Source: an uncultured Clostridia bacterium (GTDB lineage Bacteria > Bacillota > Clostridia > Christensenellales > UBA1242). From it: a stretch of DNA of 58,585 nucleotides. A program made the translations under genes and the position numbers. This document shows positions 47,048 to 57,600 of this stretch, piece by piece. The stretch lies in assembly GCA_944372445.1 (NCBI GenBank), contig CALVZE010000004.1:1-58585 (forward strand). Reading direction: 5' to 3'. Position 1 is the first letter of the stretch, and every line of letters begins with the position of its first letter. Under the pieces are notes generated by a model, which was not told where the DNA came from, did no database searches, and was given only the letters and a program-made list of their open reading frames with translations.

Positions 47048-47443
47048 ATGACATGGTCTGAAATTGCAGCTAAATTACAAGGTGGCGGAAAATGGCTACC
47101 TAAATTATTAACTTCGATTGAATGGATTTTGTGGGTAGCACTCATCTTGGTTGGTGCTTGTGGTGCGATTTACGCTATTTATGTTGGCGTTAAGATGGCA
47201 AGAGCAGACAGCTCTGAACAAAGAGAGGAAGCAAAGAAAAGATTGATTAATATCATTGTGTCAATCGTTGTAACTATCGCCTTAATTCTATTCTTTAACC
47301 TTATTCTTCCATTGATTTTAAATAGTTTAGGCGTATTTGAAAGCTATCAAGGTGGTGGCGAAATCCCTGACGGAGACGGTGGAACTGGCGGTTCATCACT
47401 AAACGCAATCATTAACACAGCAAGAGTTTTAATTGGTAGATAA
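47048..47443 (+). CDS. TrbC/VirB2-like (Mbov_0395-type) pilin
   Basis: Two long hydrophobic helices linked by KMARADSSEQREEAKKRL, a typical T4SS-pilin architecture. RBS GGGAGG. Gly/Asp-rich C-terminal linker. Confidence 0.7.
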   Translation: MTWSEIAAKLQGGGKWLPKLLTSIEWILWVALILVGACGAIYAIYVGVKMARADSSEQREEAKKRLINIIVSIVVTIALILFFNLILPLILNSLGVFESYQGGGEIPDGDGGTGGSSLNAIINTARVLIGR

Positions 47444-47456
47444 TTTTAACAAAATA

Positions 47457-47487
47457 AAAAAACGAGTTGAAATTCAACTCGTTTTTT
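47457..47487 (+). terminator. Intrinsic terminator of the pilin-like gene
   Basis: AAAAAACGAGTTGA-AAT-TCAACTCGTTTTTT perfect 14-bp stem. Confidence 0.8.
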
Positions 47488-47492
47488 TGTGT

Positions 47493-47888
47493 AAGTAAGA
47501 GTGAAGGGGAGCCATCGGCTCCCAGTGAAGGAAAACCTACAGTTTTCAGTGAAGAACGGTGGAAAGATTTTAAGAGATTAAAAAATTGTATGATTAAAAA
47601 CTCACACATACATATATGATTATTTGTTTGTATTAAAAAAAGTTTAAGGGCGGACACAGGAAATAAATTTTGGAACAAAATTTATTTGTTGGACTTGCTC
47701 TTTTTTCTTTTTGTCTCAGTGTGTTGTTTTGCAAGTCCAACAGCGCGTTTATAACGCGCCCTGCGTCCGCTCCTTTTCTAACGAATTTCTATAAAATATT
47801 AAAGTGTTTTAGTGTTGAATTAAAACTATTCTAAAACTTTCCACAACTCTTCACTGAAAACCGCAGGCTTCACTCTTCACTCTTACTT
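47493..47888. other. About 400-nt multi-stem structured element (candidate ncRNA or foldback MITE)
   Basis: Nested inverted repeats read directly from the sequence: 47493-47506/47875-47888, 47524-47530/47868-47874, 47536-47555/47848-47867 and 47648-47660/47760-47772. The last encloses three hairpins, and there is a side hairpin at 47507-47523. Confidence 0.75.
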
Positions 47889-47910
47889 CTTTTCGCTTTT
47901 CACTCTTCCT

Positions 47911-48993
47911 TTAAAGGTTTTCTAACATCTCCTCTCTTTCTTTTAAAATCATTGCTTCGATAAATTCATCAATATTTCCATTCAAAACGCCTTGCAAGTC
48001 ATAAGAAGAAAGGTTTGTCCTATGGTCGGTCACTCTGCCTTGCGGATAGTTATAGGTTCTAATTCTTTCGTTTCGATTTCCACGCCCTACCTGACTTTTC
48101 CTGTTTTCGTCATATTCACTATCACGCTGTTCACGATAGAAGTCATAGAGTTTGCTTCTTAAAATGTTCATTGCCTTTTCTTTGTTTTTAAGTTGGCTAC
48201 GCTCATCTTGGCAAGTCACCACAATGCCCGTTGGAAGATGTGTAATTCTAATTGCTGACTCTGTTTTGTTGACATGTTGACCGCCAGCACCACCACTGCG
48301 GTATGTATCGATTTTAAGGTCGCTGTCGAGAATTTCAAAGTCAATATCTTCAATCTCAGGAAGTACAGCAACGGTGGCAGTTGAAGTGTGAATGCGTCCC
48401 TGACTTTCGGTGTCTGGCACGCGCTGAACACGATGCACACCACTTTCGTATTTAAGTTTCGAATATGCGCCCCTGCCTTTGAAAAGCACTGTGCACTCCT
48501 TAATTCCACCAAGTTCCGTTTCGTTTATATCTAAAATCTCCGTTTTCCAACGATTTTTATCGGCATAGTGAGTATACATTCTAAGAAGCTCCAAACCAAA
48601 CAACGCACTTTCTTCGCCACCCGCCGCGGAGCGAATTTCGAGAATAGCGTTACTCTCATCGTTTTCATCCTTTGGAAGAAGTAAGATTTTCATCTCTTCC
48701 ACTTTCTTTTCAATCTGCTCTTTTAGTGAATATATTTCGCTCTCATATAACTTTTTCATCTCCGCATCACTTTCGGTCTTAACATCCTCTTCGCATTTGT
48801 CTAAGTTATTTGAGAGCGATAAAAGTTCTTGGTAGGCATTTGCAATATCCTCCAAAGAATTTCTCTCTTTAACCAACTTTTTCCACGCCCTGTTGTCCGC
48901 AATAACCTCTGGCTTCATAACCTCTTCGGTCAGTTCGTCATAGCGTTCTTTTGACTTTTTCGTTTTTTCAAGTATTTCTTTATAGTTTTCCAT
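47911..48993 (-). CDS. prfA: Peptide chain release factor 1
   Basis: GGQ motif (SGGAGGQHVNKT), PxT recognition loop (RVPDTE), RIRTYNYPQGRVTDHR. Start 48993 overlaps the prmC stop. Confidence 0.96.
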   Translation of the reverse strand: MENYKEILEKTKKSKERYDELTEEVMKPEVIADNRAWKKLVKERNSLEDIANAYQELLSLSNNLDKCEEDVKTESDAEMKKLYESEIYSLKEQIEKKVEEMKILLLPKDENDESNAILEIRSAAGGEESALFGLELLRMYTHYADKNRWKTEILDINETELGGIKECTVLFKGRGAYSKLKYESGVHRVQRVPDTESQGRIHTSTATVAVLPEIEDIDFEILDSDLKIDTYRSGGAGGQHVNKTESAIRITHLPTGIVVTCQDERSQLKNKEKAMNILRSKLYDFYREQRDSEYDENRKSQVGRGNRNERIRTYNYPQGRVTDHRTNLSSYDLQGVLNGNIDEFIEAMILKEREEMLENL

Positions 48994-50662
48994 AAACCAC
49001 CCTGTCAATTTTATTATAGTCTTTCACGACTTTAATCTCTTTAAAACCACATTCCTTCATAATCTTCTTAACTGCACTTGCCTGACCTTTGCCAATCTCA
49101 TAAAAAAGCATGCCATTCTTTTTAAGATGCTTGACGCTTCCGACGGTTATTTCGCGATAAAAATTTAGCCCGTCCTCTCCACCGTCAAGCGCAAGTTTTG
49201 GGTCGCAAGTTTTGACATTAATATCAAGCTTATTTAGGTCCTTTGTTGGAATATATGGCGGATTTGACACTATTATATCAAATTTTTTTCTTTTTTTCAA
49301 GTTTTCAAAGAGGTTGCTTTCAATAAATTCCACTTTGACATTGTGCTTTTTCGCGTTTTCCATGGCAACTTGAAGCGCCTGTTTTGAAATATCAAGCGCC
49401 GTAACACTTGCATCACCAAACTTTGCAAGCGTTACCGCTATCGTCCCACTGCCCGTTCCAACATCAAGTATCTTGTTTTTTCTTTTGAGGTTTTTAAGCA
49501 CCTCGCCCACCAAAATTTCCGTTTCCATGCGTGGCGTCAACACCTTTTTGTTGACATCAAAGCGAAGTCCGTAAAACTCAGTGTAACCAAAGATATTATC
49601 CACACTTTCGCCGTTTGCACGCCTTTGGACAGCCCGCATGATGTCGCGATATTCCTTGTCGGTCACACTTTCAACCAATTTTACCTCTGCTCTGTTTTTG
49701 CCTAAAACAGTGGCGATTATCCACTCAATGTCACTCGTGTCCACCGACTGCAACTTGTTTCGCACCTCTGCATACACCACCGAAAAAGGTCTTTTCTCAT
49801 CGTTTTCCATAATTTTTCTATCCTTTTGTGAAGTTAAAAAACTTATCTCTGTTTGTGCGGTAAGCACGGTTTCCACATGCGTAAGCGAAGGTCTCATTGT
49901 CACAAAAAAGGAAGTGACGAAACACAACGATTTTAAATAGTTCCACCCGCTTAAATCAATTAGATAAAGAATTTCATAGCAAAGCATAATAGAAAGAAGC
50001 AGAACCGCTAAATTAATTAAAAAATTAAAGAAAAAGTTATAACTTGCACCTATCAATGTTACCACAAAAATATCTAAAAAGAAAACAAAAACAAGGTAGT
50101 TTAAAAAATTTAATGGTTCGCAAAGCCCTGATTTATACTTCCCTCTCGCTCCCTCGCCGTAAATAGACACAAGGTCGCATGCCCTGTTAAAGCGAAAAAA
50201 CTCTCGAACCACCGAAAAACTTTTAAGCATGGTTAAGATAATTGCAAGAAGTATCAATCGGAAAAAGGCGATGATAAAGTTCCTCAAAAGTGTGCTTCCG
50301 CCTGCTCCAACAATAAAGTAACCAAATTTACCCGGAAGATAGCCAATAACAACCCCCGCAAAGACAATGCCGATAAGTCCGCTTAGTATAGACAAGATGA
50401 CAAGGTAATCTTTTTTCTTTTTTTTCACACTCACTCTTTCCGACCAAAAGAGCGAATGAAAAAGCAAAAGCAATCCAAAGATAAAAAACTGTAAGCCTCG
50501 CGCAAAAGGAAAGTGCCAATAAATTAGCTTGTTTTTGTTTCTATTGCTCCAAAGTTTGCGTGTGCCTCCTGTGTCTATACTTGACAACGCTTCATAACCA
50601 TTTTTCGCACAAACAGCACCATTTGAAGTCGGAAAAAACATCATTTTTTCTTTCTTTTTCAT
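48980..50662 (-). CDS. prmC: Release factor glutamine methyltransferase PrmC fused to an N-terminal DUF1385-like membrane domain
   Basis: C-terminal half: VLTPRMETEIL, DVGTGSG, VSNPPY, ALDGGEDGL, YEIG. The N-terminal ~280 aa has several TM helices and FPFARGL. Confidence 0.9.
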   Translation of the reverse strand: MKKKEKMMFFPTSNGAVCAKNGYEALSSIDTGGTRKLWSNRNKNKLIYWHFPFARGLQFFIFGLLLLFHSLFWSERVSVKKKKKDYLVILSILSGLIGIVFAGVVIGYLPGKFGYFIVGAGGSTLLRNFIIAFFRLILLAIILTMLKSFSVVREFFRFNRACDLVSIYGEGARGKYKSGLCEPLNFLNYLVFVFFLDIFVVTLIGASYNFFFNFLINLAVLLLSIMLCYEILYLIDLSGWNYLKSLCFVTSFFVTMRPSLTHVETVLTAQTEISFLTSQKDRKIMENDEKRPFSVVYAEVRNKLQSVDTSDIEWIIATVLGKNRAEVKLVESVTDKEYRDIMRAVQRRANGESVDNIFGYTEFYGLRFDVNKKVLTPRMETEILVGEVLKNLKRKNKILDVGTGSGTIAVTLAKFGDASVTALDISKQALQVAMENAKKHNVKVEFIESNLFENLKKRKKFDIIVSNPPYIPTKDLNKLDINVKTCDPKLALDGGEDGLNFYREITVGSVKHLKKNGMLFYEIGKGQASAVKKIMKECGFKEIKVVKDYNKIDRVVYGKL

Positions 50663-50757
50663 ACTTTAATTATTCACTTAAATTTATTTATTAAAAGAAA
50701 AAATATGTTATTTTGCATAAAAATCATATTTTTTATTAAAAAATTAACATTTTTAAG

Positions 50758-51327
50758 CTATTTTTTCGGATTTTTCTCAATAAATGTAAAATGTATGTTT
50801 TTTATCTTCGCTTTATAAATCTTGTTTTCTTCAATGTCGCCACGGTAAAAGATTTTTGCTGTTCGCTCCTCTCCTGTTTCCTTGTCTAGATAAGTTATAT
50901 CATAAAAATTGTAACCTAAAATATTTAAAAGCGGATTAATATAATAAAGCGAGTTGTTTATATAGACAATGCCGATAAAGATAAGTATTACAAAGATGAC
51001 ACAAAAGACACTGACCTTTTCAAATTCTAACGGTATGGCAAAAAAGACAAAAAGAGAAAAATAACCTAAAAAATGCTCGTCGGTTATATTTTCTTTCTTC
51101 AACACCACAATCTCTTTTGTCTCCTCATGGTTGAGCCAAACATTAAAGATAAGTCCAAAGACACCACTTGATATTAAAAGAATTAATAAAATGAAGTTTA
51201 TGGTGTTGAGAGCATTAAAAGTGAGATTGCCATTCATAATCTCGACAATAAGTTTCAAAAGCACCAGAAAATACATCGGCACAAAAGCACTAATATATAA
51301 AAGCAAGTTTTTTAAAAATTTCACCAT
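50758..51327 (-). CDS. KwaA-like (Kiwa anti-phage sensor-like) four-TM membrane protein
   Basis: LLLYIS...ENITDEHFLGYFSLFV...IGIVYINNSLYYINPLLNILGYNFYDI resembles the KwaA pattern (EN...E.L.....Y and Y.NP.L...G..Y). 189 aa. Confidence 0.6.
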   Translation of the reverse strand: MVKFLKNLLLYISAFVPMYFLVLLKLIVEIMNGNLTFNALNTINFILLILLISSGVFGLIFNVWLNHEETKEIVVLKKENITDEHFLGYFSLFVFFAIPLEFEKVSVFCVIFVILIFIGIVYINNSLYYINPLLNILGYNFYDITYLDKETGEERTAKIFYRGDIEENKIYKAKIKNIHFTFIEKNPKK

Positions 51328-51629
51328 GCTTTTATTATGCCAAAAATTAAAAATTTAATTAAATTTTAATTAAATTATTAAAAATCAATAAAAATTACAC
51401 TATTTTTAATAAAAAATTAATTAAAAAATGGTTTTAAACTAATTTTTTGCATTACAAAATGGTATTTTTGGATTTTTTCGATATTTTATTATTAAAAAAT
51501 AGTTTATGATGAATTTTTATTTTTTCTTTATATGTATTAAATATTAATATATATTTATAATAAATTTAATCTATTTATTTTGAAATATTTTTAGAGTGTG
51601 CTAAAATTATCTTAATAAGAGAGGTGTTT

Positions 51630-54600
51630 ATGAAAACTTTAAAATCTTTTATGCTCACACTTGCTTCCGCTTTCATGCTTGTTTGTGGACTTGTTCTTTT
51701 TTTGCCACAAAAAGAAACAGTAACTGCTGAAACCAACCTTGTGGAAAGTGTTGAGAATAATGTGCAAGACTATGTCGGTATTGAAGCTAGTGGCGACGCT
51801 GTTTCACAAGAGTTAATTAAAGACGACATCTTTCTTTACAATGGAGATAACACTCTAAGCGTCTATCTTAAAACTAATGGCGACACGGTTAACCCTAACG
51901 GTGGACAAATCTATGACTATGTTTATTATCCTGACGAAGATAATCTCTCTATGTTTTACTTTTATCGAATAAATGGTGTCAATCTAAGCATCAACGGAGT
52001 GGAACAAAGTTTAGAGCAAGAAGAGACTTATAAATTCAACCCTCCTTCAAATCTCACTTTTGAAAATTTGCCTGATGTTATTCCAGAAAACTTTAATATA
52101 AATTTCGGAAACACCTCTGACACCAACACCTTTAAGATTACAGATGATAGTGGTAACTTAATTGAAGGCTTATACACCTTGCAAGTGGAAATAGATTTAT
52201 GGCAGGCACTTGACGGTAGAAGTGACCAACAAGAGTCTGTCTTTGACAACAAAACTGACGAAACCTTGACTTATTCTTTCTTTGTCTTAAAAGAAAATTC
52301 CTATATTGTAAACCAAAGACCTGTATTTACACAAAACAACTTTGACAGCACAACCACCATCTCTACAACAGTAAATCCAAACTATGGCAATTATCTTTAC
52401 AGTAACTATTCATACGCTGGAAATAAAATTGCAAGCCTTACATATGACCAAACAAAATATGATGTTGCAATCACAAAAGAACTAAACTCTACATATCAAT
52501 TTGCCACCCTTTCATATATCGCTGAAAATGACAATGGCGAAACAAGTGGCTATACCTTAGATGGCGACAATATCGTTCGCTATCAAAAAAATGGCTCGCG
52601 CACCACAATTTACTTTTATGATATCGGAAATTACTCAGTTTCCTTTGAAGCCGTTGCCACCTTCTCTACCGCTTCAAATGTCTATAACAAATATTCGCTT
52701 TCCGCTCTCGCCGATATAACCAAAGATATTATGGTGTATGTTTATGGCTATCAAGCAACTCACATCGACTATGACAACAATCGCAACTTTGTGGAATTTA
52801 AAACTTTCGAAAATTCTAGCGGTGCTTTTGACGGTTCTTATTATCATAGCGCAGACATCACGGCAGACTTCCTCGCCTCAGAACCTAGTTTTGGTCAAAA
52901 CACTTCAGGTTCTGACACAATAGGAAGTGAAACTTTTGTTTATACAAATGTTTTAAATTATCTCAACCAGCAAGATGAAGAAAACAATTATCTAATAACG
53001 CCTGAAACCACAAATCAAGCCCTTGTCCGCTTCAACTTAAATGCTACCGCCTTACTTAGTGGCAATGTTAGGTCCTATGTCTATTCCACCTCTGCGCTTC
53101 CTGGTTACCAATCTTTAGCAGGCTCAAAACTTCAAGGTCAAGAGCTATATTATACAACCTATAACGGTGGTTCCATAAGCGACGCCGGCACATATATCTT
53201 CATCCTCGCCTACACCTTTGACCAATTCTACACCACCAACGCACAGCGTGACGCCAACACAATTTTCTATCAAGTGTTCTTCTTTAAGATTGACACCAAT
53301 CCTCCTTCTGTTAATATTAAAAATGAAAGTGGAAAGACAATATATTCCGACACCTACACAAACGAAAGTGTGACTATTTCTAATCCTAATGCAAACAATG
53401 TCCATGACAAAGATGTCACCGTTCAAGTTTATGCTTATGACTATGTAAACAATCAATATTTATCTAAATATGGCGGAAGATATGGTGTTGACATGCGCTC
53501 TTTGAACAATAATTCTGACACCTTGACTCTTACGGAAAATGCTCACTACACCATTAGACTTTACTACACCAACGAAATAAACGACACTGACATTGATATC
53601 GTAAACAACAGAATAATCAAGCAGTTTTATTTCACTATCGATAAGATAGATATAGAAAATGTTTCGGCTAGAAATGTTTCGCTGATTTCTGGTTCTTCAA
53701 GATACAACATTCTTCGCGGTGTGGAAGGAATTTCCACTAACCAAGACATCATCGTGTCATGGTTAGACAAGGCAAGCTCGGCAGAAACCTTTGCTTATTA
53801 CAGATATTTTCCTATCGTTTCCGAAAACTTCTATCAAGAAGGACTGAACACTTCAAGAATCTTGCAAGAGTTTTTAAATGGGACTATGGGTATGTCATAT
53901 ATGCCTATCAACTACTCAATTGACCTATCAAGCGAAGGAAAGTGGACAAGATACGCAGGAAACACAAACGGACAAACCTCCACAACCACAAGCCAATATG
54001 TGCTTTCCGAAACAGGTATGTATGTCTTTGATGTCTATGATGAGGCTGGCAACCATTCCGTGCAAATCTTCATCATTGATGATACTTCACCTATGTTTGC
54101 TTTACAAACCGGAAGTGAGTTCTCTCTTATACCTTCCTATCACTACATATCTGAGGCGTCCACGCTCTATTGGGGAGATTATAAAACAATCGCTATCAAC
54201 GATGCCAATGGTGCTATTAATTTTAGAAACATTTCAGATATAAACCATGTGACAGAAGCAAATGCCAACTATGCTATATATAAAGATTACAACGGAAACA
54301 CATCTCTTGATATATATAAGGCGTTTTACAATATACTATATCGAAACAGCTACATTCAATACATCAACTGTTCTGCACTCTCCGCTCCAACAAACAGGGC
54401 ATATTTAACCTTTGAAATAGATGACCTTATCTATGAAACACCTATCGGGAGCAATAATTACCAACAGGCAACCAACAAAAATTCTATTAGCTTAAATGAC
54501 GATCGCGAATACACCTATCGCATTCTTATAAGAGATGAAAGCAACACAAGATATGATTACGCATCAAGCACTACATCACTTATACAATACACAAATTATT

Positions 54601-57600
54601 ATAGCGCAAGACAAAATATTATAGTCAGCCATGACACCTCAGAATTTAGACTGTTTTATGAAGAAACAACTAATCAAGGTGAAGAAAATGTTTATCTATC
54701 AAGCAACTTGATGATGGTAAGTGAAGATGGCGACACTCTAACAACTTACTTAAATCCTATCAATGTCAACAAACTTATATATGTTTCCTTTATTCCAACG
54801 GTCGCAGAAGAAACAACAGTGCAAATAGATAGTGTTAAAGTGGACTATTACGCCTATGTTGACAAAGAGGTTGAGGTTAATGATGTAACCTACTATTATA
54901 AAGAATTAAGTGATGAACGCACCTCAACAACCGAACTATACAACTACTCAGAAGGACAATCGACAGAAACCAACATTGAAGAGCTATTTATCAACAATAA
55001 AGGTGTTACAAATGAAGGAATGTATGTCATCACAAGAACCTACAACACCGATGTCACTCCTACATTAAACGAACAAGATTATCTCACAAGAAAGTATGTG
55101 TTATATGTTGATAGAAATGAAGTTATCTCCTCTCCTGTAACAAAGGGCGAAGGAAACTTATCACACTCTGAAAGCTTAGTCGGTGGAGAAATCTTTATCA
55201 GCATGTATGACAGCGGAGATAACACAAGCCTTGTAATAACTTTCCCAAACAGTCCTGACGGGAATTTAAACAGCACAACCCTTTATGATAGCAACGAAAA
55301 CTCCATACTTAGCACAAATAAGCTACCTTTAAGAGTGTATGTTCCAACTTACAAATACACAATGTATGCTCAAAAAGTGCCAAAGCAAGTTCCTGCGTTT
55401 GATGATGAAGGCAAGCCTATCATGGAAAACGGCGTGCAAACAACCAAACCTAGCGAAACAGAATACTATTATGAAGTGGTTTACAATTCTGACAACAAAA
55501 ATGCTTATTACAATTTAAATGCTTTGGAGAGCGACTTAGGCACAACAGATTTGATTACTGATGAAAAAGGCAATGTCTATATAGAAGAATACCTCATATT
55601 TGCCGAAATTTATAAAAATCCAACAGACGGTGTTAATATTCCGCTCTATCGCACCTCCAAAACCTTCAATGACCCAAATCCAGCAAATGCTGACAGCGAA
55701 AACGGCTTTTTAACTTTCTATGACAGTAACGGCAACCCTCTCACCGCCTTGACAGAAGAAGGAACATATCGAGTTGTTGTCTATCAAGGTTACAGAAGCG
55801 ACAGTTCGTTTAGACAACTTGCCACCTTTACCTTCAACATAGAAAACACCTCTCCAAATTTTGAAGCAAGAACGACACAAAGAGGTAGAGCGTTAAATTC
55901 TACAACTGAAAACGGAATGACCATATATCACACAAATCAAAACAACATACAACTTATTTGGAGCAAACCGCGTGACAGCTACACTGCTGAAATAGATACC
56001 GACAATTTCAAAGTGTCTGTAAATGGCGGAGCGACTGAAACAATGAATATGACAGAATTGTTCGTCAATAGTGGTCAATCACAAAATTCCTACTATGGCA
56101 ACCTGAATTTAAATAGGCTGGGAGTTTCAGAGCATGGCAATTATATTGATATAACAATGCAATACAAAAATCACAGCGATGAATATTATGATGTGATAAC
56201 CAAACGCATACTCCTAGACCGTGAAGCGCCTGACACAAACATAGACGGACTTGTGCATAAGGTTATAGACAATTTCTATATCGAAGATTTCTTGACTTAC
56301 GAAGATTTTAGAGTAAAAGAAAACATAAATGGCGACATAGTCACAAATAGCTACGAAACCTCGTATAACACTAGCAGTATTTCGGGAACATTTAGATATT
56401 ACTCATATGCAGTCGAAGGCTCATATCTTAGCACTTTAAAATCTACCTCAAAAACTGAAAGCTACAATATCTATTATAGAGAAGTAAAAGGCAAATACGG
56501 AGAAGAATATAATGAAACAACGCCTGAAACTTTCCTTGAAAGTAACTTTGATTTAATTTCAACCTTAAACTCTTTTACAAGCGACACTTACTATGAAATC
56601 GTAGAGAGCGACCTTGCTGGAAACTTAACCATCTACACCATTTTTGTCGTAGATTATAACACCGTAAGCGATGACTATGCTCTTATTGAATATAAGCAAA
56701 ACCAAACAACAGACTACACATTCAGCAAGTCAGATTATGTTTTAACCAAACAATCCTCTCATAATGCGCTTTTAAGCGTGTATGCAAAACCGGGATTAGA
56801 ATTAACTAACTTTAACTACTTTGGAAACGTTTGGATTAATTTCCGCGTTGACAAATATGTCAATGAAGTGCTTGTAACAAACTACTATCTCGCTTCTCCA
56901 TGGCTCGCAAAAGGCAAGGTATATCAAATTGTCGGAACAGCAAACAATTCACTATCGTTACAAGAAGTTGATATTGATGAATTAATTGATGGCAGTAAAG
57001 ATACAAGATTTAAAGACAGTATAACAGTCTATGACTCGACAAGAGGAACAACCGAAAGCTTCTACTTTAACACCAGAAACTCCGCCCTGTCTGCGTCTAT
57101 GTCAAACAATTCTGAAAGAGAATATATTTCCATATCGCAACCTTCTGACAGCGCTATTGAAAGCACGGTGACCGCACAGACCTATTTAACCTATATCAAA
57201 ATCTACACGCCGGCTATAACAGGCGTTGCCACCGAAGAAGTTTATTACGAAGCTTCCAACCAACTAGGTTATGCAAACGGATTTTTGAGTAATGAATTTG
57301 TCACGGTGACAACGAGTGGAAGTGCAATAACTTTTGAACTTATCGTGCGTAACCTCACTCGCGACACAAGGATTATCTATGAATTTACTGACAACTATGG
57401 AAATACTTACAGTGAAATACACCTTTATCAAGAAACTACCGGTTATCAAGAGGTAGATAGCAATAACATTCTCTACGCCTTCTACGATAAGAGAGATAAC
57501 AACTTGACATATCTAACAGAAGACGGCTTTGCTTATACCTACAATGAAAGAAAGTATAAAATTGAAATATATGAGGCAGCAAATAATGACGAACTTAATA

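Noticed and set aside
47048-47443. ICE or conjugative element around the pilin
   Set aside because: No integrase, relaxase, VirB4 or coupling protein, no flanking att repeats, and the neighbours are core genes.
46416-47678. ORFs 46416-46685 (-) and 47412-47678 (-)
   Set aside because: The first is antisense to the RBS-supported small protein. The second crosses a terminator and the structured element. Neither has a convincing RBS.
52028-57449. Short ORFs listed inside the right-hand giant gene
   Set aside because: They are shadows of the continuous plus-strand frame starting at 51630.
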